Source: Selaginella moellendorffii
Taxonomy: Eukaryota; Plantae; Lycopodiophyta
Reading direction: 5' to 3'
Length of the DNA: 64,000 nucleotides
Assembly: GCF_000143415.4 (NCBI RefSeq)
Contig: NW_003314308.1
Span: forward strand, 692,254 to 756,253
Shown here: in pieces, positions 49,216-60,558 of the stretch
Position numbering within the stretch: position 1 is the first letter of the stretch
How the letters are laid out: each line of letters begins with the position of its first letter
The notes under the pieces: generated by a model
Told to the model about the DNA's origin: nothing
Databases searched by the model: none
Seen by the model: only the letters and a program-made list of their open reading frames with translations
Position numbers and translations under genes: made by a program

Positions 49216-52200
49216 CTGAAATGAAATGCGTCAGCATAAAAAATGGTACAAGTCAATTTTACCATCTACAATATTAGGGAATGGTGCTCCCGATGGTCGT
49301 TGAGAGGGTTTTGGTCAAGGAAACGTGAAGGGCGGAAATACTCTCCTCTGCAATGTGGGGTCAATCGCATCCGATGGCGTGTGGGCACATGCCATTTCAG
49401 CTGTACACTCTGGTACAACTGACTCAACAGTGGCATGGGGTGGTTCCGATGGCGTGTGATCACACGCCATTTCAACTGGTGCCTCCGTTGGCAAAGTGGA
49501 CATGACCGAACAGGCAACAGGGGCAGTGTAGGGAGGTTCCAACAGCGCGTAGTCAGACGATTGGGCACACGTTGAGTCCGTTGGAAATGAGGATACGACC
49601 GGCTCGGCGGCTGGGGCGGCCTCATGCGGGTCCAATAGCGCCTGGTCACCGTCAGTTGGATACGTGGACAAGATTGACTCAGTGGTATGGGCAGCATCAA
49701 GTGGAGCGTGGTCAGCTTGCTTGGCGTTGATATAGATAATAGCCTCCACCAGCTCTGATGACTCTTGCAGGCAAGTAGAGTCCACTGGCGGATCCATATG
49801 CATGTCCAAATATCTCCCTTCGATTGAGATGGTATCCTCCCTACTGGCTACTAAAAACAAACTCATTAGCACATTGAATCGACTATACTGTATTTACCAT
49901 CAACTGCTATTGAGGAACTAGGACCGATATCACTTGGGCGCACTGCTGATTCTGAAGGATTGGACATACGTTTCGACCCTTGCTTGGCACTATCCTTCCT
50001 CGACACTAAAGGCTAGAGTTTGTATCTTAATTCAACTGAATAATCTCTACTTACCATTTGCTCTGCGACCTACATGGACAATGTTAGAAATGGTAAAAGG
50101 TTAGGAATGGATGTACTATTATTTACCTGATGGTTTGTCTTGTATGACCTTCCTCCGCTGCTCTTTGGCCACCTTAGGCTGGCCATCGTCGTCATCATCA
50201 TCATCATCGTCATCCTCACCCGACTGTCTTAACATGGTTTCTGCACGTTCTTGCACCCTTCAAAGACGACGAGATGAGAAAAACGTGGCCCTGACTTGAA
50301 AAGCATCCCTCATCCATTGTACCTCTCCATTGAGATTGGGGAAGGGGAGTCCGCCATAGGAATCTGAGTCAGGAGGTGGTGACTGGCTGCTTTCACTCAG
50401 CCCTTGATCTGCAATGAATGGCATGAGCACACACGCCATAACCGCGAGGCATTATTTATCATCTTTTCGTTGCCCTTCTTCCTTTTCGAATCAAACGCCT
50501 CTGATCCCGATGACTGTCCAACGTGCTTTCGCTTTTTATGACCACTGTCAGTTTGAGCTTGATCTGCAAGAAATGGCATGAGGACCCACGCAATAACCAT
50601 GACGCTTTACTTCCCATCCTTGGAGGCTCTGTCGTGCCTTCCGCATCCTCAGGTGCCTGCTCCTCAATTCCCTTTCGCTTTTGTTTCTTATGCGCCCGTT
50701 CTACAGAAATAGCATGAGGACATACGCAATAAGCACACAAATGCTTTTACCCTTCCTCCTCTACCCTGGTCGGTTGTCCATCTCTTTGTCTACAGCGTCT
50801 GAAAGCTGTTTTGCAGGTAGCCTAATTCGAGGTTCACGACGTCTCCTTGGCACTTGAACTGTATATTATTGCATCAACACATGCAACATCCCATAATATT
50901 TTTAAGTTACCTTTCATAAAGTTTTCCATTGGTTCAACTCATTCCCCTGAAATACAAACTTAGATAAGTGCATAGGGCCATATGTCATGATCGTACCTGT
51001 TTCGGAACTCTCCTTATCACTCTCCGAGGCCTCCCCCTCCTCCACTGAAGGCACGTTGTTCTGTTCGATTTTCTCGACGCGATCTGCAAGAACATTAGTT
51101 AATTGCGTGGGGCCACACGCCATCAAACCTTCAGGTTCTTGTCGTGAGGTCTGCGCTGCTTGCCCTAGTCTCTTTGGAATTTGAGCTGCAAGAAGCAATG
51201 GCATGAGAATTCACGTATAACAAAAATGATTGGTACCTCTCGTCCATTGTACTTGGCTGGTGCTTGCCTGTTTTGCCTTTGAAGAAGTGTCTCCTACAAG
51301 GAATGGCATGAGACCACACACCATTGCAAATATAATTTGTACCTCCTTTTTTCCTATTGCTTGTCTGTTTGTCCTTCTTTGACGCGCCACCAGTGTGCTT
51401 TTCAGTCCTCGTGTCTGAATATTCACAACGATCTATAATCAAAATGGCGTGAAGCCTCACGTGACCTTACCTTGTGCAGGTTGTGAGCTCGGCCCAACAT
51501 GGGTATCTTCAACAGTAGCTGTTAACGCCGTTTCAACATCTGGGGGTGGCCACGCTCCTGCATATAGAGCTTGTGAAATAACATTTAAACTTAAAGTGCG
51601 TACTCACCAGATTCGTAGAGAAGATACTATTTTTCTTTGGCAACTGTAATTATATGCTCCATTAAAGTCACCTCTTCAATGGAGTTTGTCACTGCAACAC
51701 ACGGGACACCCTTGAGTAGTGCGGCTCGAAAGAATAGTCCGCCGCAGTTGTACTCGACAACGCATTTGCCCTTGGAGTCGGAAGCAGGTGACCCACCCGC
51801 TATTGCATTGAAGACCCAGCAGAGCATTTCCCATGCTGCACCTGGAGCTTTCTCTGGATTCGAAAGCTCCATAGCCGTCTTCAGTTCCTCAGGCACGGGT
51901 AAATTGACCTCCCTCAGATCAATTCGATCGGCCTTGTCGAACGAAGCTGGGAAGTCACTCCAGTCCCACTCTGCTGCAAGACCAATAACAAGGGCGAGTG
52001 TGAAGATGCGGACATTCGTCGGTATCTTCTTCTTAGCCATTATCCCATGGATCTCCTGCATCTCCTTGCCTTTCAACCGAGCCTTCACCTCGTTCAAGGC
52101 CTTCCAGAACTTGTGATAGGATTCGGAGTCGTAGATCATATAGTGGACTGAAGATTCCACCTCCACAAGTCCCACCATTAAGTCAATGATGGAGCTGACT

Positions 52201-54170
52201 TCGTCTGCATGAGTGATCTCCTCGTTTGTGAAGTCCATCACACAAAAGATGTTCTTGACCTGCTCATCTCCGCGGGAAACGATGCTCCTCCACCTTTGAT
52301 CCTCATCCGAATTCATGTATACCCGGTAAGGTTCTCGATAGGCCTCTGCTACGGGGTCGAGCTGTTTCTGAAGCCGGCAGTCGACATCCCTCTTAATGAA
52401 ATTTGGATACTGATCCAACTTCTCAGCTTTACTTTTCGTGGCATCCCGCAGCAGATAGATGAACTTGGGGGCCCCCTTCACGTAGTCGTCGATGTCTTCA
52501 TTTGACAACTCCAGCTCTTCCATCATCTCTTGCGTGGTGTCGATGCTCACCCTCTCCACGGCCACTTGCTCGAAGATCCAATCCTTCAATAGCGCACGAG
52601 CTCTCAGAGTCGTGCACAAGTCCTCGTATGTCACAATATGGCCGGGAGTCATTTTGGTCTTGTTGAAGACTACCTCACCACGTAGAAGAGCATTAGCCAC
52701 TGTCAGAAGGTCGTCGTCGTCTAAAGACTGCGAGAAACGCAAGGCGTTGAGCTTCAAATCATTGGGCTTCCGGCCGTCCTCCACACCCATTGAGTTTAGC
52801 AACTCCCCGTCATGGTACCTCCTCAGCACATCTACCCATTTGTCAAAAACAACTTTTGTCGCGAGTAGAATGTTATAGATGCTGAGTGTGTCATTGACCC
52901 CCAGTGTTTTCGAGAGAAGACTCGAGAATTCCTGCAATGGAAATGGCGTGAGGCCACATGCTATGCCACATGCAACGAGGCTTACCTGCCAGGCGCTAGT
53001 TGCTAGTGCACGTCCTTGTCCTGGTTTTTGTGGCTTCTTCAGTTGAACCCAGAGCTTCCGTGTTCGTGCCAATGTCTTGTGCAGACCCAATTTGTAGCAC
53101 GTTTCTTGCTTGACATTCTGCGCGTGGGAGATGGATATGATAGATCGGAGGGGCGAGTTGCCTTTTATCAAGCGGACAACTCTTGTCTTGAAGACTTTCT
53201 TCACCTCCTCGCCCACCATAATATCCAGAACTATCTCTTGCATCGCTAAGCTAGAATGCTGCCTGGAGACGGCATAGAACCGGATGTTCTGATCGTCCAA
53301 CACCTTCCTATTGATCAAGTCTGGAAACCTCGTCTCGCCCTTCATTGTTCGGTAGTAGGGGATCACGTCTGTGATGTCGGGTGTTACTGGACTTGCCAGC
53401 ATCTTCTGCTTCAGTTTCTCCACCCACTCATCAGATACTAGCCTGTGGTTGTATTTGCTTTGGATGTCGATACGGCTCACGTCGATTGTATATACTTTGT
53501 TGGAATAGTAACAAGTACTATTATCTGTGACGATTTTTGCTGCCTCTTCTTGCTCTTTCTGCTCTTTGCGGCTCTTCTTTTTGGTGGGTGTAGTGTTCGA
53601 ACCCGAGGCAATGGCATCACCGAGTAGCTTCTTTTTTGGAGCAAGAGAGTCGAACGTCGGCTTGAGCTTGACCACCCTTTTCTGCTTCGGGGTAGTTTCC
53701 AGATCGACCCCCTTCCCCTTCGCTTCGCGAACTGGAGGCACTCTCAACGACTCAATGTTAGAATATAGTTTTTGAACATCGCCGTAGGTGAGGTCCGTGG
53801 ATTCCATGTGATCTTCATAGACCCGCAGCGTCTTTGAAATTGTGGGCCTCCTGGACAACCTCTCCCTAGCTCCCTCTAGGAATTCCTCATAGCCGCTGCC
53901 CCCCTCCAGGAAGCCGCTAGGATGTGCAAGGTGGATCTTGAAGGCGGACGCTGTCTCTACCACAAGTGCCAGTCCATATTCTTGCATGGAACTGCATGGA
54001 GTGTCTGTCACTTGGATGAGGATCCCCATGCATTCTTTTCTCCCACCATCTGTGTTGTACAGCCTTAGATCCTCGCCTTCCATCCCGAAAGTCCAACTGG
54101 TGAGCTCCTCCCCCTTCTCTGCATCCACATTGACAGTGGCTGGAAGAAGAACGCAATTCCTCGCCTGTTC
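48353..54170 (-). pseudogene. Large spliced cargo gene: ParB-like domain, degenerate beta-class methyltransferase-like domain, low-complexity linker, FCP1-like phosphatase; in-frame stops at 51627 and 49315
   Basis: ParB-like IDVSRID...NHRLVSDEWVEKLKQKM...FYAVSRQHSSLA at ~53500-53240. MTase-like tail PEKAP...LCWVFN...GKCVVEYNCGGLFFRAALLKGVPCVAV. The frame continues past TAG 51627 to a GTGAGT donor and further phase-compatible exons; the middle linker exons were not all traced. Confidence 0.62.
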
Positions 54171-56761
54171 AAAAATGCACAACAATTAGAGCTGACAGAT
54201 GAAAAGCTAGCAGCTTGAAATAACGTGAGGCCACACGCCATTCACCACTGCATCAGATGTCTTGAGGCTGCATCCTAAGATGGCGTGAGGCTACACGCCA
54301 TCTGTAACCGGACTGCACTCGAGAGCCCAATCGGTGCATGCCAATGTTGCTACTAAATGGCATGTGGCCTCATGCCATTTTCTACTTGGCCTAAAAGACC
54401 TACCATTTGAAGCCGAATGGAGGCCGTGACAATCGAGGCCGGACTCGCTGGCGAATGTGCACTATGTGTGCAGCGGATCGTAGCAGCAAGGCTACTCTGC
54501 CACTTACAGTTGGAGAGTGGTGTTGAAATCTCCCGGGACGCCAAGTGGGCTGCGTGTGGGTGGCGGAGTGGGCGGCGGAGTTGGCGGCGAAGTTACAAAC
54601 TGGGTGTGTCTTGAAGTGGACGCCGATGCACACGAGCGCGATGCGAGCGCGAGTGTGATGCAAGCGCGAGTGGACGCCGATGCACACGAGAAACCTGTAG
54701 AGAAGGTAGATGAGCGCGAATGTGAGCGTGATCGCGAGTGGGAGCGCGATGCGAGCGCGAGTGTGCCAGCGCGAGTACGATGCAAAACCTAACGTCACAT
54801 GCGCGAAATGTCACGACGGTTGGTAATCCCGCAACGTCATCATTCCTCGGACTTGGGCACCACCATTAATTTCTGGATCGCCGCGCGCATGCATGCACGT
54901 GAAATCCAAAAGAAATCCGCAACGTCATCATTCCTCGTACTGCATGCACGCGAAATCCAAAAGAAAGATCATGATTGGGATATCATTTAATACCCTCGCT
55001 ATATTTATACCATGCATGATTGGATATTCCAAAGCATCTTGTATTTCCAAAAATGCCAGATGTTCAGCTAAATAAAGAATGGTATACAATGTCCTTCTTG
55101 ATGACCCTGCAAAGAAGCATCTCGATCGGACACCACATGAGACCACACGAGCCTTACAATGTTTCAGGGGCATTTGCCATAGATCCGACCGTTATTTTGC
55201 TCCAAGATTTTACAGTTTGGTGTGCATTGACCTTTCCATCGACACTGCAAAGGGACATCACAATCAGATGCGGGATCACAAGAAACCAACTTCACTAACT
55301 CTGGTTTCACCAAGATCTACGTAAGGAGTTATGAAATGAAAGGACCCTCTCTATTGAAATGTGTTTATGGTCCTAGGGGCATTGTGACATATCAAAGGAT
55401 TTTGCATCAAGTTCTGTATTTGCATGTTTATCAAGCTACTGAATTGCTAAACCCTAAACCCTAAACATGTGGCAAATGCTGCGTGAAGAAAGATGCCCTT
55501 TCTGGGCAAATGCTGTAAGAGGCAGATGCCGAGCAGATGTATCTCAGGCTAATGAAGGGGACAAATGAAAGCTAGCTATAAACATGATGGGATGCAAATA
55601 GATTACTAAGCTGGAGCTGCGAAAATCAAAAACCATAATTGAAAACATTGAAAATGCAAAAAGAAAGGTTTATAATATTTTTGAATTTTAAGCAACTAAA
55701 GGAATGTAAGTAGGGCATGTGTTTGTAAGTTTAAAAATGCCTCAACTACTTAAATTCCCAAGTAAATAAAGCTGTTTCTCTATTTGGCAAAGATAAACTT
55801 TATAGCGTGTGGGCTCATGCAATTTTGAACCCAAAAATGCACCAAAAAATGCTCGACTAGCATTATTCTTTGAATGGCGTGTGGCCTTATATTGCCATAA
55901 ATGGACGTACACACACAGCATAATTATTCCTTTACACAGCGAATAATCTTAGCGCGGATCGCTGACATGGCATGGCAAAGTTCGAATCACTGACATGGCA
56001 CAGCTGGATCGAGGCAAGGACATGATGTGACAAAGTTCAACGTCCGACAGCAAAGTCTAGAAGCTACTCAGTTTGAAATTTGTCAGAGGAATTGAAAAGA
56101 TCTGGTTTGTCAGAGGATTTGATGTGACGTTCAAGCGTGTGTTATTTTTGAATTCTCGAACTCATTCCTAGGTCTATCATTTTTGTGCGCCGTGTCCTTG
56201 GTTTCGCTAAGCGCAATTAGCACTGCTTGTGTAAGCGGCGTTGTGAGCTGTGGTTTATGCGTCTACGAGCGGTTGTGGCATTGCGAGCGCCATTGCGAGC
56301 GGCAGTTTATGCGAGTGGCAGTTTGTGCGAGCGGCGCTACGAGCAGTTGCGGTGTTGCGAGCGGCGCTACGAGTAGTTGCGGTGTTGCGAGTGGCACTGT
56401 CTTTGGTGTGGCTACCGCTTCCTCTTGATATTCGGCACTTGTGCTTCCTGGTATGTTCACCATGGAATGGCTTAGGACCACATTTAGAAATGGCATGAGG
56501 CCACATGCCATCTTGGGCCCTTGCAATTTCATGGCTAGCATATTGTCATGTATGTTTTTACTTGCCTACAGCTATGTGTATATCAAGATGGCATGAGGCC
56601 TCATGCCAATTTTGTGAATGCGAAATTTCACATGGGTGTCAATAGCATGTTTGAATAATGGCATGTGGCCTCATGCTATTGAGGTTGTTTGGTATGTTAT
56701 GATTTAGGCCATTCTCCAATCATTTTTTGTATGGTCTTAACTTCTTTTCTGCACTTTCAGA

Positions 56762-59575
56762 ATGGCCTCCGCAAGTGCGACGCATGTTCCCTCTGTGGAT
56801 CTTAAGAACCGTGCTACATGGATTCAGGCAAAGGTGTTTCTAAACAACCCCGAGGGGGAGGTGGTAGCTGAGGGCTTAGCCACAGTTGTCGATCCAAGAG
56901 ATGCGGTTGCTAATCAAGAATTGGGCTGGGATGATATTGGAGTTGCGATTTTAGAGGTTGTTGACACAGAAGAAAACAATCTGACTATTGGAAGCATTGT
57001 GCGGTGGAAATTGAGGCACTTAGTGTTTGAGAATGTGAAGGATTCACAATCAAACACCACTACAACTGATGATAGAACATCTCTTCATGGGAAAAGAAAG
57101 TACACCTTCCTAAAGCGCAGCCAAAGGGATCTGAGCAACGAACCGAAAAGGCAGAAAATGGCGATGGAGGTTCAAATGGTCTCAACAGTTGCTTGTTGCA
57201 AGAGGAGGTGCTGTCAACATGCTGATTGGGATGCTATTGAAGAGGAGAGAGCAAGATACAAGACATTGTCCTGGAAGGCAGCTCACAATTTTGTGTATGA
57301 GGCATTACGGTCATCTGTTGATGCTTCAGAACATCAGGTGGGGGGCATGGTCTTCCAGAGGGGTTTGGTCTGCATGAAGGCATGGAGAATCATTTATGGA
57401 GTCCCTCGAACCACATTCTACAGAATCAAAACTGAGTTCGAGGAACAAAGGGTTCAACAGGCAGTCCATGGGAACGACGGTACTCACAAAACCAGGGGTC
57501 ATGTTGTATATGGAAAGGCAATCTTCAAGAGGTTTGTCGAGACATGTAGCGAGCAGCAACCACATAAAACCCGCCTCTTGGAAGATGGAACTCGAGACAC
57601 CCAACGAGTTCTCCCTTCCATGTATACCAAGGGGGCCATATTGGAAGATGTGAATCGGGAACTCCAGAGTAATGGCTACAGGAAGCTGAGCCAATCTAGA
57701 TTTAGTAGATTGTGGAGCAACAGGTTCAGGGATGTGAGTATAGGAAAGTACTCCAGCTTTTCAAAGTGTGACGAGTGCACTGCTATCAAAATGGCTTTGT
57801 CGAAGAATTCTTGCATCGCTCAAGAGCGAGAGATGTTGGTTAGAAGGCGGCTCGACCACAACATCGAGCAGAGAAGCTGCAGGACTGCATATTATCATAA
57901 CAAGATTCTCTCCATGGAAAGACCTGACTCTTACCTCTGCATCATCCACGACAAAATGGACCAAAAAAAGACGTGCTTACCTCGACTCAATCCTGCCCCC
58001 AAGGCAATCTCTTCATCCATGCAGCTGCCTGTGTCTCTATTTGGCATAATCGCTCATGGGCATGGTGCCCAGAACTATGGGAACTTCTTTGTACCTCTAT
58101 GGGGTGGCGGGGGTGCAAACATGATGATTGCGTCCCTAGCAAAACACTTAAGGTCTTTGCAAAGTGCGCAGACTGAGCTGAACGGCCAACCCTTGCATAA
58201 GGCCCTTGTCGATCGAACCCCATACAGGGTTCAGCTGGAGGAGGAGCAAAGGCTTGCAGTATCACGTGGGGCCCCATGCCATCCCAGTGAATATGTTGGC
58301 CGTCAGATTGTAGGGTTATCACGTGAGGCCTCATGCCATTCCGACGAGGCTGGTCGCCCGGTGAATGCATAGCCTCATCCAAACGAAGCAGAATCTCAAG
58401 GAAGTTCTTGCGGCCGATGTGGCCTTCCACCCCATCTTCTGCTCCAAACAGACAATGCTGGCAGTGAGAACAAAAACATGTACGTCTTTGCGTACTTGGC
58501 GATGCTTGTTGCCAAAGGCATATTTGAAACGGTTACACTTGGCTTTCTCATGGTTGGGCACACTCATGAAGACGTCGATGCCATGTTCAGTCACCTGGCA
58601 GAGTCCCTCCGACGATCCAATGTCCTCACCCTCCCACAACTCTACGATGAATTCAAAAATTGCATCAAAGGCACTGTTGAAGCTGCACTTATGACAGAGG
58701 TTCCAGACTTTAAGGGGTTTGTAAGAGGCTACATCAGGGACGGATCCGAAATGCTGATTGGCCACTCCAAGCCTCTTCAGTTTCATTTCAGCATGCGTGA
58801 CGGTGCTTCAGTGATGAGGTACAAGATGAGAGAATGGGACACAGTGTGGCTGCCAGTGGACGGCATTGAACTCTTCAAGAGAGATCCCATAACTGGGGAA
58901 CCTATGATTCCTCAGGGTTCCCCACGGCCGATGCACCCGGATGGACTCAAAGACCAGGAAAGTATAGTGGCCGGGATTAGACAGCATATTGCCTTCTGGA
59001 AGAGAAGGTTGGTGTTTGGTGGAGAATCCTATTTTCAGAGGTGCAAGCCTTTGCTCGAATACTGGGAGAAGATTATATCTGCTATCCAAAATGGGCCGGT
59101 TGTATATGAAGAATTGGAAGAGTCCTTTTGGCCAGAACCCAGAGCACCAGATAGTAGCGGAACAATGTCCTCTGGAAATGCAGTGACAGATAACGATGTT
59201 GAGGATCACTATTGTGGGCCGAGGAACAAGAAGCCAGATTCAGCATTCAATCCAGTACAGGTCTGCAAAGGAATGGTCGTGCTTGTCAGACCCAGTAATA
59301 AAAAACAAATGATATGGGTGGGGCGCTGCATCACTGATGCAAAGGAGGACGCGGAAACTAACTCATTCAATGTAATTGTGGAGTGGTTCAAGCCAAGTTC
59401 CGGATATACGAAGGATTGCCTAGAAAAGAGATGGGTGCTGAATCCAAGGGATCCCAGCATGAGCATATCGGTGGATAATGTTGTGCATGGTTGAATGCGG
59501 AAGCAGAGTGCCACCATCACCTTGCCAGACCATGCAAGAGATGCAGCAAGAGCATTCATAACCCGGGTTCAAGGT
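56762..59575 (+). pseudogene. Sola1-like (DUF7869-type) DDD transposase with two in-frame nonsense codons (58370 TAG, 59492 TGA)
   Basis: SKCDECT, IIHDKMDQKKTCLP, LLLQTDNAGSENKN and FLMVGHTHEDVDAMFS. ORFs 56762..58372 and 58478..59494 are in the same frame. The C-terminal GMVVLVRP...IWVGRC...VIVEWFKP looks like a beta-barrel (BAH/Tudor-like) domain. Confidence 0.85.
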
Positions 59576-60300
59576 GAGATTCATTAATATTCCTTTACTA
59601 AGTTTCTAATGTATTTTATTTCAAGGTGAACAATCCGAATCTGAATCAGAGGAGGCGTGATGGCATGTGGCCTTACGCCATTCCTAGGTGAGATGATACA
59701 AATAACAAGTATAAATTCTTAGTTGTTCTAGCAAATCTTACTTAAAGTTCAAGGTGAACAAGCCGAATATGAATTCATCGGAATGTTATAACAAATTGCG
59801 AGGTGATGGCATGAGGCGATACGCCATTTGAGAGTGGTAGCCATTCCTATATGAGGTGAGTGAAATATTTATTAGAAATACCTCATTCAATTGTGCACTT
59901 CTAAGTCTTGGTCCACTCAGTACTGTTTGCATGTTTTTATTTTAATTCTTTCTCTAAAATGTTATTTAGCATGTGGCTTCATGCCATTGCTCTCCACAAT
60001 CATGCATTGAATTTTTTTATCCTTGCATAATACTTCTCCATATATATAGCATGTGCGCACATGTGATATGGTTCATTAGGCCTGATATAGTGTGTGAGGT
60101 AAAACAAAGATGATGTGACATATGCATTTACCAATCACACGTGCATAAATCTAATAATATGGCATATGGCCCATATTAATGGCACATAAACCCATATTGT
60201 GGGCTTACGTGCTTTATGTACCATCATTCCCTTGCAGCGTGTGTGTTGGTTTCCTTTTATAACACAACGAACTCCATATTTTAGGGTGAAGAGCGTTCTC

Positions 60301-60558
60301 ATGGCAAGCACAAAATCTGTAAGTGAGGCAGAAAAGGAGACAGAGAAGGAGATAGGTGAAGATGTAGAATATATAAGTCTTCCAAACTCCCCGTACTATA
60401 CTCTAGGTGATCATTTTTCTGAACAAATGGCAACATTAACAACTATCGAGAACGCCCCAGTAACGTCAGAGACAACAATCCAAAACAAAACAACTGACCC
60501 GGAGAAGGATGATAGTACCGCTGAGAGTACCAAAAAGGAGGTGTCCACTAGCGCTTAG
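60301..60558 (+). CDS. Small 85-aa transposon cargo ORF, homologous to 28281-28529
   Basis: EDVEYISLPNSPYYT...IENAPVTSETTIQNK...DSTAESTKK; intact ATG to TAG. Confidence 0.65.
   Translation: MASTKSVSEAEKETEKEIGEDVEYISLPNSPYYTLGDHFSEQMATLTTIENAPVTSETTIQNKTTDPEKDDSTAESTKKEVSTSA

Noticed and set aside
55449-55465. Interstitial telomere
   Set aside because: Only two AAACCCT units; more likely a telo-box or chance.
58370-58372. Programmed read-through or RNA editing of in-frame stops in the transposon genes
   Set aside because: All are explained more simply by C-to-T deamination of methylated cytosines; plant C/U editing is organellar.
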